Source of the DNA: a virus
Taxonomy: Duplodnaviria; Caudoviricetes
IMG/VR virus record: IMGVR_UViG_3300026549_000043
Location: 1-64,000 of that record
Strand: one strand, 5' to 3'
DNA length: 64,000 nucleotides
The position numbers and the translations under genes were made by a program. This document shows, piece by piece, positions 34,306 to 44,916 of the stretch (within the stretch, counting starts at the first letter, position 1; each line of letters begins with the position of its first letter). The notes under the pieces are model-generated. The model was not told where the DNA came from, searched no databases, and was given only the letters and a program-made list of their open reading frames with translations.

Positions 34306-37047
34306 ATGGAAAAAATTATTCAACAAAGTCTTTTTGGTGCAAATTTTGACATTATTTTAAATAATGATAAAACTGATAAGATAATAAAAAAATTAAAGAA
34401 ACCAAAAGATCTATCTGAAGTTAGTACAGATAAATTCTTGAAGTCTAAAAATATTTCTATTGGGGAGAAGATAAAAAGAGTTACTGAAGACGTCAACCGT
34501 ATCTTGGGTAATTATAAAAATGATACTATAGTAATTAAGTCTGAAGATGAATTAAAAAATTATATCGATAAGGCTATTTCTAATGGAGTTATTTCAGTCG
34601 ATACAGAAACAAATAATTCTTTAGACCCTTTAACATGTAAGATTATGGGTTTATGTATATATACTCCAGGTGAAAAGAACGCTTATGTACCAGTTAATCA
34701 TATTAATTTAAATACTAAAGAGAAATTACCAAATCAGGTAACTGAAGAAGAAATCAATCACCAGTTAACTAGATTATTAGAAAATAAAACAAAATGTATA
34801 TTTCATAATGGTAAATTTGATTACATGGTAATTTATTATACTTGTGGGGTTAAACTACCAATTGATTGGGATACGATGATAGGCTCACAGATCTTAAATG
34901 AAAATGAACCAGCCGGATTGAAATATCAATATAAGAATAAAATTAACCCGGATCAAGATAAATATTCAATCGAACACCTATTCCAGGGTATGGAATATGC
35001 AATTTTTGATCCAGAATTATTTGCATTATATGCAGCCACTGATGCCTATATGACTTATAAATTATATGAATATCAAAAGAAAGAATTTGAAAAGAATGGC
35101 AATGAAAGACTATATAATCTATTTCTTAATATTGAGATGCCTGTAGTAACGGTTACTGCAGAAATGGAATCTAGAGGAATCGCCGTAGATAAAGAATTTG
35201 CTAAAAGACTTAGTACAAAATTCCATAAAAAACTAGATAATTTAAATGAGGTTATTAGTAAAGAAATGGAAAAATATCAAGATACTATTAATGAATGGAG
35301 ATTGTCAGTCGAAGCCAATAGGCATGAAGTTAAAAATGGTAAAACTCAAAAATCTTTAAGTGAAAAATTATCAGACCCGGTAGAACTTACATCGGCCACT
35401 CAATTAGGTATTCTATTATATGATGTTTTAAGAGTATTAAAAGTTGGAAGCGATGGCAAGAAAACTACCGATGAAGCTACATTATTATCTATAAAAGATA
35501 CTTTGCCATTAGCTTCTCTAATCTTAAAAAAGAGGGAATACGAAAAATATTTAGGAACTTATATTGATGTGTTGCCTACATATTGTAACCCTAGAGATGG
35601 CCGAGTACATGCTCACTTTAATCAATTAGGTAGAGAAGATAGAAACGTAGTAACAGGTAGAATGTCAAGCTCTGATCCATCATTACAGGTTATCCCTGCT
35701 AGAGGTGATATTGTAACGGTTAGAATGATGTTTGTAGCTACAACTGAGTATCCCGAAATTAAACCAATTAATGACCATTATGAAGTACCAATAGAAAATG
35801 AAGTCCTATTAAAAAGCAATGAATATAAATGGTCTTCATACCTAGAACCAGGAGATATTTTAGAAAATGGTAATAAGGTGTCTAGAATTAATGTTAAAGA
35901 AAAATTAGTAGAAATTTATTATACTGGTAATAGCGAGGTACTTAAAACTCGTAGACGTTATAAACTGTGTGGTAATGACTACTCAGCTCAGGAAGTTAGA
36001 ATGTTTGCTCAGAACACACAAGATCCTTCAATGATTAATGTTTTTAAAGAAGGTAGAGACTTATATTCTGAGGTAGCTTCAATGGTTTACCATCTTCCTT
36101 ATTATGAATGTACTGAATTTAATGATAAGGGTGAATTTAATCTTGAAGGTAAACAAAGAAGAACGAAGTGTAAAAGTTTAATTCTTGGTCTTCAATATGG
36201 ACGTGGTATTAAATCAATCGCTGAACAAATTAAAGCTCATGATGGACCAGTTAATAAAGAAGATATTGCTGAAGCAAAGAAATTATCTGATGACTTCTTT
36301 ACTCACTACCCAAAGGCCAAGGAATGGATGGATAATAATAAGAAGAAGGCTCGTGAGGTTGGGTATGTAGAGGATTTATGGGGCAGACGTAGAAGATTAC
36401 CTGATGCTTCATTACCAAAATATGAATTTTCTCTATTAAATGAAAAAGAGTTATTTAATCCATTATTAAATACTCCAGTCAGAAAATTAGAAGTTGATAA
36501 AAAATTAATTAATAGATATACCGAATTGTTGGATAAAACTAAAAGTTTATCTGAAAGAGAATCTGTCATTAAATCAGCTAAAAAGGATAATCTTTCAATT
36601 AAAAGCAATTCAGGTTATATAGCTCAGGCTGAAAGGCAGGCCATCAATGCTCCAATTCAGGGTGGATCTGCCACAATGACAAAATTGGCTATGAGGAATA
36701 TGTATTATGACCAAGAATTAAAAGATTTAGATTTTCATTTATTAATTCCAGTTCATGATGAAATTATTGCTGAAGCTCCATTATGGAATATTGATAAAGC
36801 AGTTGATAGGATGGCTTACATTATGATTCACGCAGGTGAGCCTGAATGCGAAGTACAGATGAAATGTGATGGAGATTCATTCTATCGTTGGTATGAGGAT
36901 GTCTTTAAGGCCCATGTAAAGGAAGAGTTTGAAGAACATATAAAAAATGGCTTCAGCAAGGAAGAGGCAATTAAAATGGTTCAGGAAGTAAATTCTGAGT
37001 GTACCATCGAAGAAATAGAAGGGTATATCTCAGAATTAAACCTTTAG
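34306..37047 (+). CDS. polA: Family A DNA polymerase with 3'-5' exonuclease
   Basis: DTET, HNGKFD, YAATD; TGRMSS, DYSAQE, K..ILGLQYG, NAPIQG, VHDE. Confidence 0.95.
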   Translation: MEKIIQQSLFGANFDIILNNDKTDKIIKKLKKPKDLSEVSTDKFLKSKNISIGEKIKRVTEDVNRILGNYKNDTIVIKSEDELKNYIDKAISNGVISVDTETNNSLDPLTCKIMGLCIYTPGEKNAYVPVNHINLNTKEKLPNQVTEEEINHQLTRLLENKTKCIFHNGKFDYMVIYYTCGVKLPIDWDTMIGSQILNENEPAGLKYQYKNKINPDQDKYSIEHLFQGMEYAIFDPELFALYAATDAYMTYKLYEYQKKEFEKNGNERLYNLFLNIEMPVVTVTAEMESRGIAVDKEFAKRLSTKFHKKLDNLNEVISKEMEKYQDTINEWRLSVEANRHEVKNGKTQKSLSEKLSDPVELTSATQLGILLYDVLRVLKVGSDGKKTTDEATLLSIKDTLPLASLILKKREYEKYLGTYIDVLPTYCNPRDGRVHAHFNQLGREDRNVVTGRMSSSDPSLQVIPARGDIVTVRMMFVATTEYPEIKPINDHYEVPIENEVLLKSNEYKWSSYLEPGDILENGNKVSRINVKEKLVEIYYTGNSEVLKTRRRYKLCGNDYSAQEVRMFAQNTQDPSMINVFKEGRDLYSEVASMVYHLPYYECTEFNDKGEFNLEGKQRRTKCKSLILGLQYGRGIKSIAEQIKAHDGPVNKEDIAEAKKLSDDFFTHYPKAKEWMDNNKKKAREVGYVEDLWGRRRRLPDASLPKYEFSLLNEKELFNPLLNTPVRKLEVDKKLINRYTELLDKTKSLSERESVIKSAKKDNLSIKSNSGYIAQAERQAINAPIQGGSATMTKLAMRNMYYDQELKDLDFHLLIPVHDEIIAEAPLWNIDKAVDRMAYIMIHAGEPECEVQMKCDGDSFYRWYEDVFKAHVKEEFEEHIKNGFSKEEAIKMVQEVNSECTIEEIEGYISELNL

Positions 37048-37124
37048 TTTACAGAGTGATTTAATTCTATTAATATATAATTATAAAAATATTTAAGTGT
37101 CCAAGGAGGTGAGTTTTTACAGTT

Positions 37125-37626
37125 ATGAACATCGTAGTATTTGGATGTGATAACTGTGGTTAGCAAAACCACGTTATGTAATCAGTTAGCTAACTTATTA
37201 AATGAAGATGTAGATTTTACTGCAGAAGTAGTTCATAGCTTAGGCCCTAATAAATCTGTTAAGGAAATGGTTGAATTCATGGAAGGTAATCTTACTCCAG
37301 TAAATTCAACTCATACAAAAATTTTTGATAGGTTCCCAGTTATAGAAGAAAGTATTTATGGTCCCTTACTAAGAGGTGAAAATAAATTTGCTGGAGTAAT
37401 AGTAAAGAATCTTTTAGATAGAGTAGATTTATTTGTTTATTGCTATCCAGGTTTATTTACTATCCTTAATTGGGGTGATAGAGAACAGATGCCTGGGGTT
37501 AAGGATAATGTTTTTGAAATTATTGATTCATATAATAGACTGGCTGTAAAATTAAAATCTAATGGATATAATGTTAAAGAATATAATTATAGATGTGATA
37601 ATTATAAGGAGTTATTAAATGATTAA
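37125..37626 (+). pseudogene. dNMP-kinase-like P-loop protein with a frame break in Walker A
   Basis: MNIVVFGCDNCG, then TAGC, then KTT in the +1 frame; IFDRFP..E.IYG downstream. Confidence 0.6.
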
Positions 37627-37810
37627 AAAAATATCAAATGAAAATTCTATTATTTATTACTCTTTAAATAGATATAGAGATTATTTAAAGAATTTATTAG
37701 TTACTGGGAATGATGCTTTAGAATATACAGAAATATTAGATCTTTTAAAATCAACTGAAGAAGTTTTAGAAAAGTATAGAAAGTTAATCCAGGAAAAGGG
37801 TGAATATTAA
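37619..37810 (+). CDS. Hypothetical protein
   Basis: Overlaps both neighbours. Confidence 0.45.
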   Translation: MIKKISNENSIIYYSLNRYRDYLKNLLVTGNDALEYTEILDLLKSTEEVLEKYRKLIQEKGEY

Positions 37811-38441
37811 AATGAATACTTCGGATATTAAGTTTAATGGTGAAATTAAATCATTTGACGAACTCTTTAAAGCTGCTAGAGAACAATTTTTATTATATGA
37901 AAAATTAGAAGGAATAGATGACTGGGAAAAATATGATTTCTCAATTGACTGTTCAGCAGACCAGATGAAGTTTAAAGATATGATCCAGATTAGATTCATT
38001 GAAGAATTAACTGAAGCGTCTATGGCCTTAGAAGATCCACCAGAACATTTCTGGGAAGAAATAGGCGATGCTTTAAATTTCTTCTTATCAGCCTATGTTA
38101 TGTTAGGTGTAGATTTTAAAAAATTACCTGATCCACAAAAGATTCTTACTAGACATGAATATGCTATACATAAAATAAGAATTATTCATCGTGACGAATA
38201 TTCTCTGAAGGTGTATCCTATTATTGAAGATGTGGGAAGCTTATGTAATTTATTAAAAAATAGGCCTTGGTCACAAAGTAATTTTTTAGTATCGATGACT
38301 GATTTTAATCAAAGACTTGAAAAATTATGGGTTGATTTCTGGGAATTATTTAATTATATGAGAGTTAGTCCAGAGGAAGTATTTGAAATGTTTTGGAAAA
38401 AATATCAAGTAAACATTCATAGAATAGAAACGGGGTATTAA
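37800..38441 (+). CDS. MazG-like / dimeric dNTP pyrophosphohydrolase
   Basis: EELTEA...EEIGDALNFF, LKNRPW, KYQVNIHR. Confidence 0.75.
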   Translation: MNIKMNTSDIKFNGEIKSFDELFKAAREQFLLYEKLEGIDDWEKYDFSIDCSADQMKFKDMIQIRFIEELTEASMALEDPPEHFWEEIGDALNFFLSAYVMLGVDFKKLPDPQKILTRHEYAIHKIRIIHRDEYSLKVYPIIEDVGSLCNLLKNRPWSQSNFLVSMTDFNQRLEKLWVDFWELFNYMRVSPEEVFEMFWKKYQVNIHRIETGY

Positions 38442-38442
38442 A

Positions 38443-39192
38443 ATGGCTAGAATATTTAAAACAATTTATGATGCGTTAGATGAAACAGCTAGAGACTTGA
38501 AGGTTAGAAGTATTACTACTGAATGTCAAAGCTATCAGGATAAAAAGCTTGAAGGTAAGGATAGATTTGTAAAAGAATTAATTGGTGTAAATTTTGTAAT
38601 TAACAAACCTACCTTGGATAGAGAAAAAGCCATTGAATATATGTTTAAAGACCCTGAAGAATCTAAAAAGATTATTAGGTATTGTGAACAGGAAATTAAG
38701 GATAGATGTTCAGGAGAGCCATTAAATCCAGGAAATTCTTATAAAATTAGAGCTGACCTTTGGTCAAAGTTTATTGAAGGTACAGGAAAGTTTAGTTATC
38801 AGTACGCTGAAAGGCTATGGACAAATAATCAGTTTAGAAATGTCATTGAATGTTTAAGAAATGATGCTGGTACAAGACAGGCAGTATTATCAATTTGGGA
38901 TCCCGAAAAAGATATGGATTTAAAGAAATTAGGTGGTGGAAATAGAATTCCATGTAGTCTTAATTATCAATTCTTAATAAGAAATGATAGATTACATTGT
39001 ATTTATTCACTTAGATCAAATGATTTCTTTGGACATCATGCCATAGATTTGTATTGTGCTTCAGGATTAATGGAATATGTAGTAAATGAATTAAAGGATA
39101 CATATCCAGATTTAAAGGTTGGTTCATTAACTTATTTATGTGGAAGTCTTCATTCATTTGCTTGGGATATCAACCGTTGGGTTTTGTTTTAG
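38443..39192 (+). CDS. Thymidylate synthase / dCMP hydroxymethylase family enzyme
   Basis: TRQAV.SIW, RIPCS..YQF, RSNDF, GSLH; Asp at the position equivalent to E. coli ThyA Asn177. Confidence 0.85.
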   Translation: MARIFKTIYDALDETARDLKVRSITTECQSYQDKKLEGKDRFVKELIGVNFVINKPTLDREKAIEYMFKDPEESKKIIRYCEQEIKDRCSGEPLNPGNSYKIRADLWSKFIEGTGKFSYQYAERLWTNNQFRNVIECLRNDAGTRQAVLSIWDPEKDMDLKKLGGGNRIPCSLNYQFLIRNDRLHCIYSLRSNDFFGHHAIDLYCASGLMEYVVNELKDTYPDLKVGSLTYLCGSLHSFAWDINRWVLF

Positions 39193-39981
39193 ATGATTTA
39201 TTTAGAGTATAAAGATTTTGATAATTTATACCATGATTTTTCTAGATTGTTAATTAATGATTTAGAAAAATATAAAGATGATTCCTTTATCATTGGGGCT
39301 ACAGTTTATTTGAACAATGTAGTAATTAGTACACCTTCATGTGATTGCCATCTTGACATGGCAGACTTTAATTATACTAAAGTAAAGTGGACTACATTAG
39401 TAAATAAATATATTAACAAAGAAAGTTATTTTGATTTAAAAGATAGACTAGTAACTTCTACGGCTAAAACATTAACCTTCAACTTTAATATTCATATCGG
39501 AAGATCTACCGATAAAGATAAAACTAAAAACCGAGACTCATGCTTAGTAGCTTTAGTTTTTAGTAGACATGGTAATTCTGGGCCTTGGACTAATGTTAGT
39601 ATTTATTACCGAGTAACAGAAATTTTTAAAAAATTTGCTATAGATTTAATTCTATTCAATAGAATGTTCAATGACTTACCAAATCTAGAAATAAAAGAAT
39701 ATTTATTTTATATCCCGCAACCATTTTATAGTACTTTTATTTTATCTGAACTAATGGATAAATTATTTGATATTAAGGAATTTGATCAACCTGATAATTT
39801 TATTTGTTATAAGATTAATAAATTTTATGATAAATATTATGGCGAAAATGCCGTAGAATCAAATTATCATGCTATAGCTAGAAAACAAAAAATGAAGAAA
39901 GAAAACATTGTCAGAGATCCTATCCCAATAGAAAGTCTAAAGATCTTTGATGATAAATATTTAGAAGATACCTTGTGGTAA
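39193..39981 (+). CDS. Divergent thymidylate-synthase-fold paralogue
   Basis: SCLVALVFSR...YYRVTEIFKKFAIDL aligns with the catalytic region of the preceding gene. Confidence 0.55.
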   Translation: MIYLEYKDFDNLYHDFSRLLINDLEKYKDDSFIIGATVYLNNVVISTPSCDCHLDMADFNYTKVKWTTLVNKYINKESYFDLKDRLVTSTAKTLTFNFNIHIGRSTDKDKTKNRDSCLVALVFSRHGNSGPWTNVSIYYRVTEIFKKFAIDLILFNRMFNDLPNLEIKEYLFYIPQPFYSTFILSELMDKLFDIKEFDQPDNFICYKINKFYDKYYGENAVESNYHAIARKQKMKKENIVRDPIPIESLKIFDDKYLEDTLW

Positions 39982-40013
39982 AGTTTACAATAGAGTTAAA
40001 ATAATTTATAATA

Positions 40014-40478
40014 TTGTGTATAAGGAGAAAGAAAATGAATAAAGAATACCCAACCTTAAAAGTTAAATTATTATCTAATAATGCAAAATTACCGACTCGT
40101 GGAACTCCAGGTTCATCAGGTCTTGATGTATATTCACCTATTGATTTTAGTATTCCACCAAGAGGTGATTATTTAGTAGCTTTAGATTTAGCCTTTGATA
40201 TTCCCTTCGGATGGGATTTATCAGTAATGAACAAATCAGGTATATCAACAAAAAAACATTTGGATAAGGGTGCTGAACTTATCGATAGTGATTATACTGG
40301 TAATTGCCATATCCACCTATTTAATCATTCTGATAATGAAATTCACTTTAATAAAGGTGATAAACTAGCTCAATTAGTAATGAGAGAAGTTTGGATGGGT
40401 GAGATTGAAGAGGTTAAAGAAATTAGAAAAGATACTCTTAGAGGGTCGTTAGGGTTCGGGAGCACCGGTGATAAGTAA
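40014..40478 (+). CDS. dut: Trimeric dUTPase
   Basis: SGLDV, KSG, IDSDYTG, AQLV, RG..GFGSTG. Confidence 0.93.
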   Translation: MCIRRKKMNKEYPTLKVKLLSNNAKLPTRGTPGSSGLDVYSPIDFSIPPRGDYLVALDLAFDIPFGWDLSVMNKSGISTKKHLDKGAELIDSDYTGNCHIHLFNHSDNEIHFNKGDKLAQLVMREVWMGEIEEVKEIRKDTLRGSLGFGSTGDK

Positions 40479-40927
40479 TGGATAAGAAGCAATCTTATTA
40501 TATCGAATTAGCTAAGATAGCTTCTAAACAAAGTAAGGATCCACGTACTAAGGTTGGTTCTTGTATAACCAAGGATGGAAAGATTTTATCTCTAGGCTGG
40601 AATGGGCCTCCTAGGAAATTAAATGACTCTCTAGTACCATTTGATTGCAGAGATAAGACTAAACCATTAAAAGAACAAAAATATCCATATATTCTTCACT
40701 CAGAGGTCAATTCAATCTTAAACTATGCGGGTCAATTGAATGATCTGGTGGGTTCATCTTTGTATGTTACCGTATTCCCTTGTCATAATTGTGCTTTACA
40801 AATTATTCAGGCTGGAATTAAAGAGGTTTATTATCTAGAAGATTATGGTGGAGATTCTGAGAGTGACAAGATGTCTAAGTTCTTATTTGATCAATGTGGT
40901 GTAAGTTATAAAAAATTGGAGAATTAA
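40478..40927 (+). CDS. dCMP deaminase
   Basis: SKDP.TKVG, HSEVN, PCHNC. Confidence 0.9.
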   Translation: MDKKQSYYIELAKIASKQSKDPRTKVGSCITKDGKILSLGWNGPPRKLNDSLVPFDCRDKTKPLKEQKYPYILHSEVNSILNYAGQLNDLVGSSLYVTVFPCHNCALQIIQAGIKEVYYLEDYGGDSESDKMSKFLFDQCGVSYKKLEN

Positions 40928-40930
40928 TAT

Positions 40931-42058
40931 ATGATTGTAAAAACTGAAGAATTTAAAGAAGCGTGTCAGACAATTTTATTGGCATTAGATACAAAAGAAG
41001 TGTCTTTATATAATGAGGCCTTAGAATTAATCTCTAGTGGTAGTACCTTAAATTTAAATGTTACTAATAGGCAATATTATGTAACAGTAAAATTTAATCT
41101 CACTTCTCCAGTTAATTTCAAAGCAGTAGTTAAGGCTAAAACTTTCTTATCATTGGTAAGTAAAATTACTACTGAGTATATTGAATTATTAGTAGATGAT
41201 AGAGTCTTAAAGGTTAAGGCTAATGGAGAATATACTTTCCCATTAGTATTTAATAATTCCACTATGTTAGAATTACCTAAGATTAACACTGGAGTAGTAA
41301 CTAATTCTTTTTCAATTAATAGTAATATCCTTTTAAGTATACTTAATAATAATAGTAAAGAATTAATTCGTGGGGCTGAGGTATTAAAAAGTAGTAACAG
41401 TAAACAGGTACAGTCCTATTATTATGTAGATGAATTAGGGGCTATTACTTATACTACTGGAGCCTGTGTAAATTCATTCACCTTACCTTCTAGTTTAAAA
41501 ATTTTATTAGATGAAAAATCTGTTAGATTATTTAGGTTATTTAAAAATAATACTACAGTAGATTTTGAAATGAGTCAGGTAGCTTTAAATGATACTCTTA
41601 CCCAGACTGTCTTGAAGTTTAGTAATTCAATGATAGAATTAATTACTTTAATGCCAGATTCATCTATGATATCTTCTGTCCCAGCCTTAACTATTAGAGA
41701 GATGGCTAATAAGAATTACCCTTATGAAGTAGTATTAAGTAAGGATAGTTTGTTAGAGATTTTAAATAGACTAAATATCTTTAATACTGACTCTAGGTTA
41801 TTAGTCCAGGTTAGTATTTCTAATGATACTTTGACTATTTCGGGGTTAAATGGTGAATTTACTGAAACTCTTAAAACTTCAAGTGGAACATCGGTTGAGG
41901 AACCATACTCATTCTATTTAATTTTAAAGAATTTAAAATTAATTCTTGATGGATATGTAGAACAATATATTACAATGTGTTTTGGTGATAATAAGGCTAT
42001 AGCTTTTAAAAAGAATGGTGTAGTAGATATTATTCCTGAGCCTAGGGTAGTTAATTAA
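40931..42058 (+). CDS. dnaN: DNA polymerase III beta sliding clamp
   Basis: 375 aa with a three-domain clamp pattern; C-terminal IIPEPRV. Confidence 0.7.
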   Translation: MIVKTEEFKEACQTILLALDTKEVSLYNEALELISSGSTLNLNVTNRQYYVTVKFNLTSPVNFKAVVKAKTFLSLVSKITTEYIELLVDDRVLKVKANGEYTFPLVFNNSTMLELPKINTGVVTNSFSINSNILLSILNNNSKELIRGAEVLKSSNSKQVQSYYYVDELGAITYTTGACVNSFTLPSSLKILLDEKSVRLFRLFKNNTTVDFEMSQVALNDTLTQTVLKFSNSMIELITLMPDSSMISSVPALTIREMANKNYPYEVVLSKDSLLEILNRLNIFNTDSRLLVQVSISNDTLTISGLNGEFTETLKTSSGTSVEEPYSFYLILKNLKLILDGYVEQYITMCFGDNKAIAFKKNGVVDIIPEPRVVN

Positions 42059-42222
42059 TGGAAAAGAATGATAAAGAAAAAGTGATACCATCTAAGCCTG
42101 ATAAAAATGGATGGTTCAGGTGTCAGGTTTGTAATCAGATGGTAGGGAATGATAATTATTGTAAGAATTGTGGTCAGAGGTTAAAAGATGGATCTTGGAA
42201 AAAAATTCGAAGCTTTTTTTAA
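42058..42222 (+). CDS. Small zinc-ribbon protein
   Basis: CQVC...YCKNCGQRL. Confidence 0.6.
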   Translation: MEKNDKEKVIPSKPDKNGWFRCQVCNQMVGNDNYCKNCGQRLKDGSWKKIRSFF

Positions 42223-42655
42223 AAAAAATTGGATAGATACTGTACCAGAATCATTTATTTATAGATTAAATGACCAGATGTCTGGTTATATGGGTTCAAG
42301 CAATATTAGTGATTTTATTTGTTATAAAAAGCCTGAGTTATTTTTAATTGAGTGTAAGGCCCACGCCGGGAATACATTCCCCTTCTCAGCTTTTAGGCAA
42401 TATGAGGATCTTTCTCACTGATCTGACTTAGAAGGAGTTCATCCTGGAGTAATATTATGGCTATATGACCATGATGTTATCCTTTGAATACCAATAAAAA
42501 CTTTTATGAAATTAAAATCAGAAGATAAAAAATCTTTTAATATAAAATATTTAGGTAACCCAGATTATGAAAATGTTATAATTCCAACAAAGAAATTAAG
42601 GACTTTCTTGGATGGTGATTATTCAGTTTTAATAGATTATTATAAGGAGAAGTAA
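42188..42655 (+). CDS. RecU-like Holliday junction resolvase (TGA=Trp at 42419 and 42485)
   Basis: GKKFE, SDF...IECK, Q motif; readthrough ends next to the following ATG. Confidence 0.75.
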
Positions 42656-43213
42656 ATGATAAATATAGATAGGTCAAAATTAAAAGTCGAATATGATAAG
42701 ATTAAATCTTATCTTAAATATTACGATGAATATGGAGCTCCTTTAGTAGAAGAGTACTCTAAAGATTTAGATGAAAAAGTAGATGGTATAAATAATTACT
42801 TAAACCAATGTAGACAATATAATTTAGAATTTGATGTAGTATCTTTACAAAGAATAGTCATTGACCTATCTTCTACCATTTATTATACTTCTTCCAGATT
42901 GGAACAGGTTGAAATTCTGGCTGATATGGCCAAGCTATCTTATAAGGATAAATACAACGAGGCATATACTTCTAGACAGGGTGCTAGTAGGCAAGAAGAT
43001 AGAAAATATACCTCAGATCAATTAAGAGCCTTAGCCGACCAAGAAGCTGTTGAAGAAGAGTTAGTACATTTTATTTATGATCATTGTGCATCTATTTTAA
43101 AAGCTAAGATAGATGCTGCAAATGAGCTACTTAAATCATGTAGTAAATCATTGTCAGCTGAAATCACTTCAATGCAGGCAATGAATTATGTATCAAATAA
43201 GGCAGGTATGTAA
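42656..43213 (+). CDS. Helical protein, possibly a UvsY-like recombination mediator
   Basis: Coiled-coil character and gene context. Confidence 0.35.
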   Translation: MINIDRSKLKVEYDKIKSYLKYYDEYGAPLVEEYSKDLDEKVDGINNYLNQCRQYNLEFDVVSLQRIVIDLSSTIYYTSSRLEQVEILADMAKLSYKDKYNEAYTSRQGASRQEDRKYTSDQLRALADQEAVEEELVHFIYDHCASILKAKIDAANELLKSCSKSLSAEITSMQAMNYVSNKAGM

Positions 43214-43950
43214 TGAAAGTATCTTATAGTCTACTAAACGCCTTTAATGCCTGTCCATTTCAATATAAATTAAAATACATTGATAAATTACAACCAAAAG
43301 ATGATTTAAGGCCAGATAATCCCTTATTTGTTGGCACTGCTTGCCATGAAGGCATTGAAAGTAGAGATATTAATCAAGCCTTGGAAAGTTATAAATCACA
43401 TTACCCTGAATTAAATTCTGAAAATGAATTTGAAATAGAAAAATTAAAAATAGTATTACCCAAGGCTATTTCTGAAATCCCCGAGTGTGAATTATATGAA
43501 TATAAACTAGAAGCTCCAGATGAATTTGTAGGGTATATAGATGGATTAGTTAAAGTTGATGATAATACTTATGACTTATTAGATTTTAAAACTAGTAATA
43601 ACGTCTCAAGTTATAAAAATAGTGGCCAAGTTCATATTTATAAATATTATTTTGAAAGATTAACTAATAATAAAGTTAGAGACTTATATTATGTATTTAT
43701 TCCTAAAGCTGATGAAAAATTAAATGAGAGTCTATCTAATAAAGAAAAGATATTAGAAGATTTAAAAAAGAAAGAAATTCATTTTGAAAAAATACCTTTT
43801 GATAAACAACAGGTAAATTATTTCTTTGCTAGAAAATCAATACTTGAGAAATCTAAAACCTTTAATAAAAGATATTCTTCTAAATGCAATTGGTGCCCTT
43901 TTAAAAAGTTTTGCAAATCAAATGGTTTAGATAAAAGCGAGCTGAAATAG
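43213..43950 (+). CDS. PD-(D/E)XK Cas4/AddB-like exonuclease
   Basis: SYS..CP, G...H, GYID...DFKT, Q..IY, C.WCPF...C. Confidence 0.85.
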   Translation: MKVSYSLLNAFNACPFQYKLKYIDKLQPKDDLRPDNPLFVGTACHEGIESRDINQALESYKSHYPELNSENEFEIEKLKIVLPKAISEIPECELYEYKLEAPDEFVGYIDGLVKVDDNTYDLLDFKTSNNVSSYKNSGQVHIYKYYFERLTNNKVRDLYYVFIPKADEKLNESLSNKEKILEDLKKKEIHFEKIPFDKQQVNYFFARKSILEKSKTFNKRYSSKCNWCPFKKFCKSNGLDKSELK

Positions 43951-44015
43951 TTTATTTCAGCTTTTATTTATTTTATAATAATAATGTAAATAAATAAAAG
44001 AGAGGTAAAGAAAAT

Positions 44016-44267
44016 ATGGTAAATCATGAATATTGGTTAGAAATATTTCCAAACGAAATAGCAAGCCACCCTTGGAAGGTATTAGTAACTGAGACTAGAA
44101 ATTATACCACAGTTGAAAATGTACTTTTAAGAACTGACCAAGAAGTTATAGATAAGGTAAGATCTTATCTTAGAAGATATGGTAAAGAGAATATAAAAAT
44201 TGGTGAACATGTATATTATGTAGGACCAAGATTTAAAAAAGAAATGTTATTAAATTTTGAGGAGTAA
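44016..44267 (+). CDS. Hypothetical early protein
   Basis: Early promoter and SD upstream. Confidence 0.5.
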   Translation: MVNHEYWLEIFPNEIASHPWKVLVTETRNYTTVENVLLRTDQEVIDKVRSYLRRYGKENIKIGEHVYYVGPRFKKEMLLNFEE

Positions 44268-44916
44268 TGTAATGGATGAAAAAGAATTAACTCTTAAGGC
44301 CAATGAAAATAAGAAATTATTTATTGAAGCTTTATCAAAGGTCAATCGTAGTGGTATACCTGAATTATTAGACTACCTTGAATCAACTGACTTTTACATC
44401 GCTCCAGCTAGTACAAAATATCATTGTAATTTTTACGGAGGTTTATGTGAACATTCTTTGAATGTATACCGAAACATTTTAAAATTAAATAATGAATTTA
44501 ATTTAAATATTAATAATGACTCTTTAGTATTAGTGTCTCTTCTGCATGATATTTCAAAGGTAAATTTTTATGAAAAATATTTTCAGAATAAGAAGTTATA
44601 TTCACCATCAGGAAGTAAATATGACGATGGCGGTAGATACGATTGGGTTAGTGTAGAATCCTATAGAATTAAAGAACCTGAATTACGTTTTGTATCTGGT
44701 GAGCATGGATTTAATTCTTATATGATTATTAAGGATTTTATTGAATTAAACAATGAAGAAATATCAGCTATAGTTAATCATCATCTAGGCATGGACAATG
44801 GGTTCTGCTTTAAAGATATGAATGAAGTATGTGATAGATATCCTATAGTTACACTTCTTCATTTGGCTGACATGTGTAGTGTATACTTTACTGAGAATAA
44901 AACCTATCATGAATAA
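44257..44916 (+). CDS. HD-domain hydrolase
   Basis: APAS..YH...GGL.EHS, LLHD..K, H, LAD. Confidence 0.85.
   Translation: MRSNVMDEKELTLKANENKKLFIEALSKVNRSGIPELLDYLESTDFYIAPASTKYHCNFYGGLCEHSLNVYRNILKLNNEFNLNINNDSLVLVSLLHDISKVNFYEKYFQNKKLYSPSGSKYDDGGRYDWVSVESYRIKEPELRFVSGEHGFNSYMIIKDFIELNNEEISAIVNHHLGMDNGFCFKDMNEVCDRYPIVTLLHLADMCSVYFTENKTYHE

Noticed and set aside
37161-37163. TAG recoding (code 15)
   Set aside because: Readthrough does not restore the frame, and TAG ends many genes normally (9272, 37047, 39192).
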